A stretch of DNA of 52,722 nt, taken from Planctomycetota bacterium (lineage in GTDB: Bacteria > Planctomycetota > Planctomycetia > Pirellulales > Lacipirellulaceae). The notes under the pieces are model-generated. The model made no database searches. It was not told the origin of the DNA and saw only the letters and a program-made list of their open reading frames with translations. Shown here in pieces: positions 19,245-29,190 of the stretch. The stretch spans positions 1 through 52,722 of the forward strand of contig JANOIK010000519.1 in the NCBI GenBank assembly GCA_031407585.1. Direction: 5' to 3'. Made by a program: the position numbers and the translations under genes. How positions within the stretch are numbered: the stretch's first letter is position 1; the number at the start of each line of letters is the position of its first letter.

Positions 19245-20650
19245 GGTGCGTACACCTCATCCTCGGCAGGGGCGGACATGGAACGGGCTAGGATTTGGAG
19301 GCGACGGATTGCCATTTCGAGAGCGTCGGGGCCGTCGTCGTAGTCGCCCAGCGGGAAGTCCCGCAGTTGCTCAATCAGCAGGTCAACGCCCGGCGAACCC
19401 TTGTGGAACAAGAGCCGCTTGGGGCGCAGGAATCCGCCCAACGTGCGGATGCGCTCGTGCTTCTTGGCGTGGTTCTCGATCAACTCGATGGACCACGGCA
19501 CAAGCCCATTGACCCGCGTGTAACGCTCGAATTCGCCGGCAATCAGGTCTTGGAAGTTATTGGACTCAAAGGCGATTTCGTCGGGCTGGTAGGCCACGCC
19601 CATGCTCGCCGTGTCGGCAACAATGTCTGAAACCGGACGACGGCACAAATCAGCGTCCACGTACACGTTGCCGTTGTGCAGCCCCGCGAACACGATGGCC
19701 GAGTAGTCCCCGCCCTTGACGCCCTTGCTCGCGTCGACCGCGATGGTGGCCAACTCAAACGCGCCGGGCCACGTCTCGGCGATGATGCCGTGGAAATACT
19801 CGTCCGGCCATTCGGCGTTCTCATGGCTCGGCGGACGCAACTGATACTCAGCCGCCCAGTAGTACGGGGAGGCTTTCTTCTCTTCCAGTTCCTCCATCGG
19901 CCAGCGCTCCGGCCAAAGAACTTCGCCGTGCCCACGCTCCAGCGAATCAACGGTCGCGTCGGCTTCGGTTTCAATCACGGCGGGTAGGCTGATTTGGTGC
20001 ATGCTCTTGGTGAGCTTTCCCGAATGAATGCGGGCCAAGTAATCGTCTCGATGCCAAGGGGTCGCACCTACGATGCAAATGCCGCCCGGCTCCATGCGGA
20101 ACCACGCGGTCGAGCAAAGCCACTCCCAGGTTTTCTCGCGGTACGTTTCGCTCTGCGCCTCTTCGCTGTTCTTAATCAGGTCATCGAGTATCAGCAGGTC
20201 CGCCCCACGGCCTGTCTGCGAACCACCCACGCCCGAGGTCCGCATGCCCCCGCCTTGCAAGGTCCGCCAGTTGTGGGCCGCCGACTTGTCCGGGTCGATC
20301 CCCGTTCCAAACACCTCTTCCGCTACGTCTGCAAAAGCATCGCGGGCCTTCCTGCCCAGGTCCGTTGACAGTTCCGCCCCGTGGGTGAGCAGCATGACTT
20401 CCTTGTGAGGGAAGTGGCCCAAGTACCACGCGGGCGCCCAAACCGACATTTGCGTACTCTTCCCATGCCGCGGGGGCTCCCTAATCAGCAGCAGTTTCTT
20501 GCCGAGCGACCCGTTGACCAACCGAACGATCTCACGGTCCACCATTGCGTGGTGCCGAGCCATTGCCCATTTGCCCCGCGTGACCGTTGCCGCCATGAGC
20601 CCCGGACTTGTCCGAATTGCCAAGCAATCGTTGTCGCTGTAGTTCTCCAT
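19241..20650 (-). CDS. terL: Terminase large subunit
   Basis: Walker A PPRHGKST, Walker B LLILDD, nuclease AVDAS..DYSA..DDGPDALE; start may be ATG 20596. Confidence 0.95.
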   Translation of the reverse strand: MENYSDNDCLAIRTSPGLMAATVTRGKWAMARHHAMVDREIVRLVNGSLGKKLLLIREPPRHGKSTQMSVWAPAWYLGHFPHKEVMLLTHGAELSTDLGRKARDAFADVAEEVFGTGIDPDKSAAHNWRTLQGGGMRTSGVGGSQTGRGADLLILDDLIKNSEEAQSETYREKTWEWLCSTAWFRMEPGGICIVGATPWHRDDYLARIHSGKLTKSMHQISLPAVIETEADATVDSLERGHGEVLWPERWPMEELEEKKASPYYWAAEYQLRPPSHENAEWPDEYFHGIIAETWPGAFELATIAVDASKGVKGGDYSAIVFAGLHNGNVYVDADLCRRPVSDIVADTASMGVAYQPDEIAFESNNFQDLIAGEFERYTRVNGLVPWSIELIENHAKKHERIRTLGGFLRPKRLLFHKGSPGVDLLIEQLRDFPLGDYDDGPDALEMAIRRLQILARSMSAPAEDEVYAP

Positions 20651-21020
20651 ACGTTTCGTCGCTGCGGACTTCCGCCAAGGCGGCCTCTAGTCGTTCCTCG
20701 CGAACACGCACCTCGTGCTTATCCGCCACGAGCTTGTCAATGAGCTTGTGCTGGTCGCTCTGGTTCTGTGACTCCATCCGCAGCAGGTTGGCCACAGCCC
20801 CATTGACCACGCGCCCGTCCTCGTCCTCCAGGTTGCCGAGCGTGGCTGCCATCGCTGCCTGCTTAGCTGCCCTGGTGAGCCTCCAGCGACGACGCGGATT
20901 GAGCATCGTCGCCACGATCTTGTTGTGCTGGGTTGGATTGAGCCCGCCCGCAGAATCCCCCTTCCCCCCAGGTGCGCCGCTGTTGGAACCGTTGCCATTC
21001 TTGTTGTTGAAGTCGACCAT
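20532..21020 (-). CDS. Putative terminase small subunit
   Basis: 162 aa immediately upstream of and overlapping TerL. Confidence 0.6.
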   Translation of the reverse strand: MVDFNNKNGNGSNSGAPGGKGDSAGGLNPTQHNKIVATMLNPRRRWRLTRAAKQAAMAATLGNLEDEDGRVVNGAVANLLRMESQNQSDQHKLIDKLVADKHEVRVREERLEAALAEVRSDETYGELQRQRLLGNSDKSGAHGGNGHAGQMGNGSAPRNGGP

Positions 21021-21026
21021 GCGCCC

Positions 21027-21269
21027 TCAGTCGTACATCCCAATCACAACGGCTGACGTTGCCGCGGTGATCTTGTAAGGGCTCCAGCCCAGCCGGTCGC
21101 CGCGGACTACGTTGAGCGCGGCAATCGTGGTCCCGTCTTGGTTTTCAATAGCGATCGTCCCAGTCGTGTCGATGTAAACATCCCGTGGCCTTGGGCTGAG
21201 GACAGAAGCCCCTGGCGTGATTGTCCGTAGGTGGGCCACTGGCCCCGTGCGTTGCGAAACTCCTGGCAT
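21027..21269 (-). CDS. Small virion-type protein
   Basis: 80 aa beta-rich (YIDTTGTIAI..KITAATSA). Confidence 0.6.
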   Translation of the reverse strand: MPGVSQRTGPVAHLRTITPGASVLSPRPRDVYIDTTGTIAIENQDGTTIAALNVVRGDRLGWSPYKITAATSAVVIGMYD

Positions 21270-21282
21270 CGCTGCCCCCTTT

Positions 21283-21921
21283 CTATTGCACGCGCTCGGC
21301 GATGAGGTAAACGGCGTTCACGTCGATGGCTCCGGCCCCGAGCGTGGCTGAGACATTGCCAAACACCGTGATTGCGTCGTCCGCGTTGGCCGTGGTGTAG
21401 TAAACGTCGAAGGGAACCCAGCCCCAATCGTGCGTGAGCGTGGTCGCAGCGGGGAGGTCGATGACGTAACTGGCGTCAGTCACGTCGGCGGCCGTGTTAT
21501 TGGTGCGACGTAGCTTGACCGTCGCCGTCTCGGCAACCACCGTGGCGCCCGTGTACGTGAGCTTCACCCGTCCACTGAGTCGATACGTGCCGGCCGTTGT
21601 GATGGTGATAACGGGGTCTGTGGTCCCGAGGTCGATTGCGGCTGCGGTGTTAGTGAGCGCGTACTTAACGCCAGCCCCGTAGGCGGTAAAGCGAGTCGCC
21701 GCGACCACGGAAGTTCCGCCCACCGTGAGCATGTTCGCTGGGATGGCGAGAACGGGGGAGTTGTCGGGCGTCAAGCTGCCGACTGTTCGGTACACGGCGT
21801 CGTCCAAGTCCCAGCACTTAAAGAGGGTCGGGCGGGCTGCGAGTTGGCCGGTGTTCACGTCCGCCTGGACCGTGGACGCCAGCGCGCCGAGAAGCAAGAG
21901 CGATGCGAGGTAACGAAACAT
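21283..21921 (-). CDS. Signal-peptide-bearing beta-sandwich protein
   Basis: MFRYLASLLLLGALASTVQA; AGGAG SD; TITTAGTYRLSG. Confidence 0.7.
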   Translation of the reverse strand: MFRYLASLLLLGALASTVQADVNTGQLAARPTLFKCWDLDDAVYRTVGSLTPDNSPVLAIPANMLTVGGTSVVAATRFTAYGAGVKYALTNTAAAIDLGTTDPVITITTAGTYRLSGRVKLTYTGATVVAETATVKLRRTNNTAADVTDASYVIDLPAATTLTHDWGWVPFDVYYTTANADDAITVFGNVSATLGAGAIDVNAVYLIAERVQ

Positions 21922-21962
21922 TGGGGACTCCTGAAGGGGGGTGCGAATGATTTGTTGGGGGG

Positions 21963-22718
21963 CTACTCCGGCTCGGCCTGCACAATCACCTGCCCATACA
22001 CCGCGATAGGACCGCCGCCGTTGGTGTTGGTGATCGTGGTTTTGATCCAGTGCCCTGCTGCTACGGGCGTGGCGTCTGCGGCAACGCTGATTTGCACCTT
22101 GGCCACTTTCTCGCCGTGCCCGATGGCCGTGAGGGAGAAGTTCGTTGTGGCCTCTACTTCGGTGGGTGTGTTTTGGGTGCTGATAACTGTGCCGGGCGCT
22201 AGGATGGCGGGGAGGTCGCAATCCCAGCCGGCTCGAATCGTTTGGGCTGTTCCTGTAACCACGTAGAGGGGGTTGGTGCTTCTGAGCGTGCCATCCCCTG
22301 CGCGGCGGAGCTTCCAAACGTGACCCACGGGCTCGAGGTCGCGGTCATCGGGTTCGGCGGCGCCAATCCCGTCAACGCTCGCCTGGCTGGCCCGTGTGGC
22401 GGGGGTGAGGTCAATCGCTCCGATGGCGTCGCCCCAGTCCGTTGGCTGGCTCGCCCCGCTGAATACGAACCACTCGTACCCGTTGGCGTCGTCGAGCGTG
22501 CCCGTGTAACGGCCCAGATTGGGCGCCGCAGGGTCGTCGAGCAGGATGCGGTATCCCGAGCCAGAGCCGCCCGTGGACCAATTGGCGAGGCTTTGGCTGG
22601 CCGGGAAGGCGTACAGCGTCTCGCCGGCGTCGGCAGTCCAGTAGACCGTGTGTGTAGCAGCGGATGCGTGCCCAGCCAGTAGGGCGAAGGCCGTGAGCGT
22701 GGCGAGAATGCGGTTCAT
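21963..22718 (-). CDS. Signal-peptide-bearing structural-type protein
   Basis: MNRILATLTAFALLAGHASA, beta-rich body. Confidence 0.7.
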   Translation of the reverse strand: MNRILATLTAFALLAGHASAATHTVYWTADAGETLYAFPASQSLANWSTGGSGSGYRILLDDPAAPNLGRYTGTLDDANGYEWFVFSGASQPTDWGDAIGAIDLTPATRASQASVDGIGAAEPDDRDLEPVGHVWKLRRAGDGTLRSTNPLYVVTGTAQTIRAGWDCDLPAILAPGTVISTQNTPTEVEATTNFSLTAIGHGEKVAKVQISVAADATPVAAGHWIKTTITNTNGGGPIAVYGQVIVQAEPE

Positions 22719-22720
22719 GT

Positions 22721-25072
22721 TTAGTCCACTTCCCAATCTGTGGCGTTGTAGGCGACGTAAGAAACATTCGAGCCAGCCGCGAGCGTGACGGCCGTATCAA
22801 CGCCCGCTCCTGCGTTGTCGCCAGAGGCTGGGAAGATGCGGAGCGTTTGCGCGCCGTTGTTGATGATCGTGACGCGCATTCCCGACGCCGCACTCGGGAG
22901 CGTCACCGTATCGTTGACATTGGCGCAAGTAGCGATGGCGTTGACTTCGGAAGTGAGCGCGCCTTGCCCTTGCGTCTGCGTCGTGCTGGCCGTGATTCCG
23001 GCCGTGACCTTGCGACGGGTGAGTCCGTTGAGTTGGATGTTTCCGTTGGTGGGGCTGAGAATTACGTCCCATCCACTTCCGCTACCTAGTACTAATTGCC
23101 TGTCAGCGGTGAGCGTGAACTGCGAGCCAGCGGTGCCAATAGTTCCGCCGTCATTTGCCGCCGCGGCGTCAATCACCAAGCTCGTGTGCCCCTGAAGCCA
23201 CGGGGCGCCAGTTGCGTTGGCCGCGAGTGCAAGGGCCGTTGCGATGTTTGATCCCGGCGTGACGCCCGCCCATGTCGTAAGGTCGCTGTCGAACGCCTGC
23301 ACGTTGGTTCCGATGACGAGCCCCAAGAGCGTCCGCATTGCGGAGTAGTCCGCAGCACCCATGTACGAGACGACGTTTGCCGAAAGCGCGTTGAGCCCCG
23401 TGCCGCCGCGAGCGGCCGTAAGCGTGCCGTCGAGCAGGTCATCCAGGTCCGTATCCCACGTTCGCGCCGCCGTCCCCGAGGTGTCAATAAACACGCCCCG
23501 CGTATAGTTGTAGGTGACGGCAACCGGATCGTCCGTTTTAACCGGCTTGTTGGCGGAATTGATCCCAAAGAAATTCACTACCTTGCCAGTTGAGTCGCCG
23601 ATATCCTGACTCTTGATAGAATTCGTAGCGCTCGCACCGGACGCCAGGGTTACGCCGTACAAATTTAGCGTCGTGGGTCCGAAGTTATCTTCGCCGATGC
23701 GAACGGACGATTGCGACGCGGCTAAGCCCGATTGGATGCCGCCTTGAACGTGCAAGTCCGCGTCGGTCGCGACGTTGATTTCGCCGATGATGCGCGCCGC
23801 CCTAACGACCGCATACGTCCCGTCCACTCGCATCGCAATAGGGCTCGCTAGCAGGCTCTTAATCTCCTGGGCCTCGATAACTTGCTGCCCCGAAGTGGGG
23901 TCCATCGAGAGTTGCAGTCCGTAACCGCTCGATCCGCCCGCCGAGTTGCCGTTGCCGGTAATCGTAAGCGCGCGAACGAACGTCAAACCGCTTGTGCCGG
24001 ACGTTTCGATGCCGTCGCCGCCTCCAACTATCGTTTTTACTTCCGCCCGCAAGTTGCCGGCGTCATTCCAAATGGAGTCGTAGTCGTCGCTCGAAACGAG
24101 GTCCGCTGTGAGAGTGAGTGTTGCGCCCGAGGAAAGGTAGATGCCCGCCTTTGCTGCACCGTTGCTACGAATCTCTGAGCACCGGAACGACACGACAGAC
24201 GAGGCGTGCGTCAGCACAAGCACGCGAGCGTTCCCGCTGGTCGTGCGGAAGATGCCCGAGCCATCGACCGTGAACGTCTTGGCAGCGCCAGCGTCGTCCC
24301 AAACTTCCAAGTCCGCCGTTGTCGTCTCGACAATTGCGCCCGGAGCGAATCGCCAATTGACCCCGTTTTTTCCCAACGATGTCGCGATGAGATAAGTCGA
24401 GCTGTTTTGGTCGACGTAGATCGTGTCGCCGGAACTGGCCGCAGTTTGGGCCGCCACCAGGGCTGTGCCGTATTCCGCAGCCGTTGAGGCGGCGGTTCCG
24501 TAGTAGGCTTCCGCGAGCCCAGTGACAGATTTCCTAACGATGGGGGCAATGCCCGCGAAGTCAACGCCGGTTGATTTCGCTTCAAGCTCGCCGGTGCCCG
24601 TGAACCCAGCAACGCCGCTGGCCGGCCATCCGCTGACAATGAAATCGCCCGACACCTCTAAGTTGACGGCGCCGGTCGTGCCGCTGAGCGTAGCACTACT
24701 AATCGTCGGCGAGTCCGCAAGCACCGGCGCCCCCGTCCCCGTCTCGCCCGTCTGGAATGCCGCAAAGTTTGCCGCGTTCGGCGTGGCCAACCACGTTGCT
24801 CCACCAGAGCCCATGCCGCTCACGCCGGCGAGCGGAAGCCCCGTGCCGTTGGTGAGCACGATCGCGGAAGGCGTGCCGAGGTTCGGCGTGGTGAGCGTGG
24901 GCGACGTTCCGAAGACGAGCGCGCCCGTGCCGGTTTCGTCCGACATGCCGGCGATTGCCTGGGCGCTGGTCGTCGCGCGTCCGAACGCGCTCGGAAACGG
25001 CGTCCCGGTCGCTCCCCACGCGGGCGCCGCCACAATCCCCAGCACGGCGGCTAACAAGAATCGCAGCTTCAC
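22721..25072 (-). CDS. Tail fibre/spike-like protein with beta-helix-like core and signal peptide
   Basis: 783 aa G/A/T/S-rich; DETGTGALVFGTSPTLTTPNLGTPS and LGLVIGTNVQAFDSDL fibre-type segments; N-terminus MKLRFLLAAVLGIVAAPAWG. Confidence 0.7.
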   Translation of the reverse strand: MKLRFLLAAVLGIVAAPAWGATGTPFPSAFGRATTSAQAIAGMSDETGTGALVFGTSPTLTTPNLGTPSAIVLTNGTGLPLAGVSGMGSGGATWLATPNAANFAAFQTGETGTGAPVLADSPTISSATLSGTTGAVNLEVSGDFIVSGWPASGVAGFTGTGELEAKSTGVDFAGIAPIVRKSVTGLAEAYYGTAASTAAEYGTALVAAQTAASSGDTIYVDQNSSTYLIATSLGKNGVNWRFAPGAIVETTTADLEVWDDAGAAKTFTVDGSGIFRTTSGNARVLVLTHASSVVSFRCSEIRSNGAAKAGIYLSSGATLTLTADLVSSDDYDSIWNDAGNLRAEVKTIVGGGDGIETSGTSGLTFVRALTITGNGNSAGGSSGYGLQLSMDPTSGQQVIEAQEIKSLLASPIAMRVDGTYAVVRAARIIGEINVATDADLHVQGGIQSGLAASQSSVRIGEDNFGPTTLNLYGVTLASGASATNSIKSQDIGDSTGKVVNFFGINSANKPVKTDDPVAVTYNYTRGVFIDTSGTAARTWDTDLDDLLDGTLTAARGGTGLNALSANVVSYMGAADYSAMRTLLGLVIGTNVQAFDSDLTTWAGVTPGSNIATALALAANATGAPWLQGHTSLVIDAAAANDGGTIGTAGSQFTLTADRQLVLGSGSGWDVILSPTNGNIQLNGLTRRKVTAGITASTTQTQGQGALTSEVNAIATCANVNDTVTLPSAASGMRVTIINNGAQTLRIFPASGDNAGAGVDTAVTLAAGSNVSYVAYNATDWEVD

Positions 25073-26037
25073 TTCACGCCCTCCAAAAACTCACGCGCAG
25101 AAACCTTCGCCAGAATCGCCATGTCGATGCTCGTTGCATCCAAGAGCGGCACGCATCCGCCGGCGCTCAACTGACGCGCCACCACGGCCATGTTTTCGAG
25201 CGTGTGACGGATAGCCTTTTCCGGCGCCACCGCGCCTGTTTTGGGTTCCCAGAAATAGGCTCCCGCCCCGTAGAAGTCATTGCTGAACACGCTGACGCGA
25301 AGGCCGGGATACCACGCACGAAACTCTGGCGTGCCCAGAAGCGGATAAAGCTTCGCGGAGTTGGCGTCTTGCTCAATATGCCGCCAGCGGAATTCTTGCG
25401 ACCATGCCATCCGGCAACGTGAACCCATCCAGTGCGGCGCGGAGAGCGGCGGCGTGCTTTCAATTTGTACTTCGGCCCCGAGCGCCCGCAGCAGCGTCAC
25501 CGCGCCGTAGTCTGCGGAGTTCGCATCGCTGCCACTGGCCGCATCCACGCCGATAACGACGCCCGCACGCATCAACGGGGCGTAGGTGTCTCGAATCAAG
25601 TCCAGGGCGTCAGCAGATGCATCCCACGAATTGTGCCCGCGGACGCGAGCCGCCCAGCCGTCGAGTTCCAAGCCACCCATGTGAGCGACGATCTCGCGAC
25701 CGGGCAGCGTGTGGGAGCGTGCCGCGAGCGGGAAGTCCGCCAGCCAGGTCTTGCCCTCGTCTCGCGACTCAACGCCGTCCGCGATGCTCCATTCCTTTCG
25801 CCACACGCCGACACTTCCGAACGGGCGCTCAAAGTCGTGGATCGCAGACTCTTTCGTCGCCCCGCCTTCGAGCCAGTTCGTAATGGGATCGACGCGGCCG
25901 GCGAAGTAGCCCTGATAGTTGGCGAAGATGTTCTTCCCGTTGGCGCGCGTGGGGTCGATGCGCCAAATGCCGCGATTGCTCACGGGCCATTTGTCGACCG
26001 GGGAATCGCACATTAAGTGGATCGCGCCAAGGTTCAT
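25069..26037 (-). CDS. Hypothetical protein (Trp-rich, possibly glycoside-hydrolase-like)
   Basis: 322 aa ORF; fold guess is weak. Confidence 0.6.
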   Translation of the reverse strand: MNLGAIHLMCDSPVDKWPVSNRGIWRIDPTRANGKNIFANYQGYFAGRVDPITNWLEGGATKESAIHDFERPFGSVGVWRKEWSIADGVESRDEGKTWLADFPLAARSHTLPGREIVAHMGGLELDGWAARVRGHNSWDASADALDLIRDTYAPLMRAGVVIGVDAASGSDANSADYGAVTLLRALGAEVQIESTPPLSAPHWMGSRCRMAWSQEFRWRHIEQDANSAKLYPLLGTPEFRAWYPGLRVSVFSNDFYGAGAYFWEPKTGAVAPEKAIRHTLENMAVVARQLSAGGCVPLLDATSIDMAILAKVSAREFLEGVK

Positions 26038-26092
26038 CGAGTGACTCCGTTGAGCGGCGAGCCAGCGGTGTAGGGGCGGTGTTCGGGGAGCA

Positions 26093-26392
26093 TCAGGTCA
26101 CGCTTTCCACTAAGGGCCGCAGTTGCCGATAGGTCCAATGGCTCAAGTCTTGGAACGCCGCAGCCCCGTAGGCGTCCGCGATTCGCTCTGCCGAGTGCAG
26201 GGCCTTTATGTCCTCACGCGCTCGCCGGCACACTTCCGCTTCACTCCCGCCGATGCGTAGGGACTGCCGCATCGCCGAGTCCATCCGCCGTACCAGCGCA
26301 AAGCTGTCGTCGCCCGTTAGCCGCGTGAGCAGCAGGTTGTTGGCGTTCAAGGCGGCGGTGTACGTCGCTTGTTGGTCGTCGGTCATGGTCAT
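26093..26392 (-). CDS. Hypothetical protein
   Basis: 99 aa, ATGA-coupled to upstream gene. Confidence 0.6.
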   Translation of the reverse strand: MTMTDDQQATYTAALNANNLLLTRLTGDDSFALVRRMDSAMRQSLRIGGSEAEVCRRAREDIKALHSAERIADAYGAAAFQDLSHWTYRQLRPLVESVT

Positions 26393-26814
26393 TCGTCCGC
26401 CTCCTCGGCGTCCGCCGTCTGCCGCTCCTCAATCACGGTAGCGAGCGTCTTGTTTTGCGCCCGAACTTCATCCCCAAGGTCATCCACTTCCGCCGTGAAG
26501 TCGTCGAACGCTTCGGTTTGCTTACTTGCCTCTACGTTCCCAGCTTCGATGGCAGACTTCACGCCCAACATCGCTTCCGTGTTTGCGGGAATAACATCGC
26601 CGATAAGGTTCATCATCCAAAACACGACGGGCACGATGAGAAACGTGCCGACTCCGACGACGCTGATCCATTGCCAGCGCGACATGCTGCCGCCGGTGTT
26701 GCCGGAGTTGACGTTGACGACTGGGTTGGTCGATTCGTCGGCCACGCCTGCGGCCTTTCTGAGTGACGCTAAGAGCTGCGCCGGGTTCGTGGGGCCATTG
26801 ATCTCAGTTTGCAT
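26389..26814 (-). CDS. Single-TM membrane protein with coiled coil
   Basis: WISVVGVGTFLIVPVVFWMM; probable ATG 26814. Confidence 0.6.
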   Translation of the reverse strand: MQTEINGPTNPAQLLASLRKAAGVADESTNPVVNVNSGNTGGSMSRWQWISVVGVGTFLIVPVVFWMMNLIGDVIPANTEAMLGVKSAIEAGNVEASKQTEAFDDFTAEVDDLGDEVRAQNKTLATVIEERQTADAEEADE

Positions 26815-26860
26815 CGCATCTGGATTCCGTTCGCGTGTCTCTGCCGTCCTTCGGGAGCGG

Positions 26861-27442
26861 CTACGGAGTTTCTGTTTCAGGCTCGGGAGGGTAGTGTTTC
26901 TCGGGTGAGTCGTCGTCGCCCGGCATGGATTCGTGGTGAAATAACTTCGCAGCCGCGGCAGAGCCCGATGGGATCGGCGCCACAATCTCTACCTGAATCG
27001 GCTGGTCCGCAGGCGGCTTTGCGGAACCGGCCTGCGCATCAACGATTGCTTGCTTCTTTTGATGCTCGGCGAATCTTCGCTCCGCAGCTTCCGCCGCCGC
27101 GATATGAGCCGGCGTCTGCGATGAGTTTGCCAGTTCACGGCTCACCAGCGCGAGCGCCTCTAACTGCAACCCCATTGCGCTGTTGCTCAGCGTATGGGTT
27201 TTCTCGCCCGTCTCCTCAATTTTGGCGAGCACCTGAGTCGTCGCTACCTCACGAATTTCAAGCTTCTCCGCGACGGCATCGACCTTGCTCGCCGCAAGCT
27301 TTTGACCGGCCGCCGCGCGGGCCTGCTGAACGGCCATGTATGCCAGCAAAATCGGTGAGGCAATCGCAGCCATCGCGAGGATGAACGCGAACACCTGCCC
27401 CAAGGTTGACGGTTCAACTTGCGTGGTGAGTTGTGCGAGCAT
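26861..27442 (-). CDS. Membrane protein (holin-like position)
   Basis: N-terminal TM, KTHTLSNS motif, helical. Confidence 0.6.
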   Translation of the reverse strand: MLAQLTTQVEPSTLGQVFAFILAMAAIASPILLAYMAVQQARAAAGQKLAASKVDAVAEKLEIREVATTQVLAKIEETGEKTHTLSNSAMGLQLEALALVSRELANSSQTPAHIAAAEAAERRFAEHQKKQAIVDAQAGSAKPPADQPIQVEIVAPIPSGSAAAAKLFHHESMPGDDDSPEKHYPPEPETETP

Positions 27443-27448
27443 GGGGCG

Positions 27449-27622
27449 TTACTGGATCGCGGGGCCGTAAACCTGCCAACCCAGCAGTGTCAACAAAATG
27501 AACAGCACGATATTCCCGCCGAACGTCGCACGTTCCTTCCACACCGGGCTCGGCGAAAACGCGCCGAATCCGCACACCAGCCAAATCAGCATGATGGCCC
27601 AGAAGATTAACTGCTTGGGCAT
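27449..27622 (-). CDS. Small two-TM membrane protein
   Basis: MPKQLIFWAIMLIWLV..VLFILLTLLGWQVYGPAIQ. Confidence 0.7.
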   Translation of the reverse strand: MPKQLIFWAIMLIWLVCGFGAFSPSPVWKERATFGGNIVLFILLTLLGWQVYGPAIQ

Positions 27623-27705
27623 GACGGCCCGCCTTTCATAGTTAAGCCGGCCAGCCATCGCACCCCCTATGGCGGTGGGATGCGACGGCGTGGCCGTGGG
27701 GAGGA

Positions 27706-28107
27706 CTACTGCGGGGGCGCAGGCGGCGACGGACAAACGCGCTCACCCGTCACGGGGTCAATCGGGCAGTCGGCAGTGAGCGGCGCGGGCGTGCCTTCAT
27801 AGGCCGGCGCTGCGGCATGGCTGTAACCGCCGGAGCAGCTCGCCGAGTAGTCGCCCGCACAACTGGCCGCCGCGTGCTCGCCAGCGCAGCCGTAAGCCGC
27901 GTGCCGAGCTGCGCGACGTTCACGCCGGTCAGCGCGTCGTTCGGCGCCCCAGACCCAACGAACGAATCCGCGAACCGGGCGGGCGCCGTAGTAGCCTGCC
28001 GAGCAGCCTGCGCGGCCGTGACCGACAGCCTGCGCATCCGGCGCGTTCAACGCCCAGCCGGTCACGGAAACCAAAAACAAAACGACAGCGAGAACAGATT
28101 TGTTCAT
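27706..28107 (-). CDS. Secreted Cys/Gly/Arg-rich protein
   Basis: Signal peptide; RPVRGFVR; repeated xCxG motifs. Confidence 0.7.
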   Translation of the reverse strand: MNKSVLAVVLFLVSVTGWALNAPDAQAVGHGRAGCSAGYYGARPVRGFVRWVWGAERRADRRERRAARHAAYGCAGEHAAASCAGDYSASCSGGYSHAAAPAYEGTPAPLTADCPIDPVTGERVCPSPPAPPQ

Positions 28108-28222
28108 CTTTCAATACCTCTAGTTAGAGTTGTTTGATTTCAAAGGTCGTCGCGTTCGGCGTTCACCCACGCGGCGAGTCCGTAAACAATCACTACGACT
28201 GCGAATAGGACGATGAATAGGG

Positions 28223-29188
28223 TCAATTTGGAACCCACCGCTTGTACGTGGTACAGCGTCCGTTGACGCATTGCTTGAACGTCACCCAGCGGCCCGATGC
28301 TGCGGGCGCCGCTTGTTGCGTGGCCTGAGTCGCGGGCACGGTCTGATAGCGGGGGGCGAGCTGCGCACGGATCGCGGCACACATAGTGCAGCCTCGCCGA
28401 TTGCAAACGGCGTGCGTGTACGTCCTGCCGTTCCAGACTGCGGCCGATGGGCGCACGAGTTGGACTTGGGGCCGCGGCGGAATGACGACGGCGACTTCCG
28501 CCGGCTTGCCGTACAAAAACACATCCGCCTTTGAGTCAATGGGCTTGTCGTTCACCCAAGGCAGCGGGTGCGAGTAGCTCACAAAGCGATTGAGCCCCTC
28601 GATCTTCGGACGTAGGGCGGTCAGCGTTTCCGGCCACAAGTAAGCCACGCCGATGTCCGCCTGCACGTTCACTTTCGTTGAGTCGCCGGTGATGATCGTG
28701 ATGCGATCGGACAGATCGGCAGCCGCCACGTAGGCCCGCGCCGAATCAGCGACTCTTGGGTCAATCTCCACGCCGACAGCACGCTGCACGCCGTAGTCTC
28801 GGCAGGCGACGATCAGCCAACGCGCGTCGAAGCCGCAGCCGTAATCGACAAGCACTTCTCCCGGCTTGGGGTCCAGGGCCTTGAGCCCAGCGCCAACTGC
28901 CCCCATCGGAGTAGGTTGCGAGTCCGCGTCCAGGTCCGCTTCGGTGAGCACCTGCGAGGGCTTGGGCGTGGCGTCCACGATAGGCAGAACCATATTGCTA
29001 AGGTCAGCAAAATGGTCGGCTGGTCGCGGCTGTGTCACCGCAGGGAGCGTGACGGAGGCGGGGTGCGTGGCGTCGTAGACCGCCCAGATTTCTTTCGGGG
29101 TGAGTTCCGCCGGGTCGGCTGCGCAGCAGAGTGCGTGGCCTAGAACCAGGATGGCGCACGCGACGGCGAGTGTGGTGAGTTTGCGCAT
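28223..29188 (-). CDS. SAM-dependent methyltransferase with signal peptide and Cys-rich tail
   Basis: LVDYGCGFDAR (motif I), GVEID, IITGD, AYLWP; N-terminus MRKLTTLAVACAILVLGHALCCA. Confidence 0.8.
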   Translation of the reverse strand: MRKLTTLAVACAILVLGHALCCAADPAELTPKEIWAVYDATHPASVTLPAVTQPRPADHFADLSNMVLPIVDATPKPSQVLTEADLDADSQPTPMGAVGAGLKALDPKPGEVLVDYGCGFDARWLIVACRDYGVQRAVGVEIDPRVADSARAYVAAADLSDRITIITGDSTKVNVQADIGVAYLWPETLTALRPKIEGLNRFVSYSHPLPWVNDKPIDSKADVFLYGKPAEVAVVIPPRPQVQLVRPSAAVWNGRTYTHAVCNRRGCTMCAAIRAQLAPRYQTVPATQATQQAAPAASGRWVTFKQCVNGRCTTYKRWVPN

Positions 29189-29190
29189 GA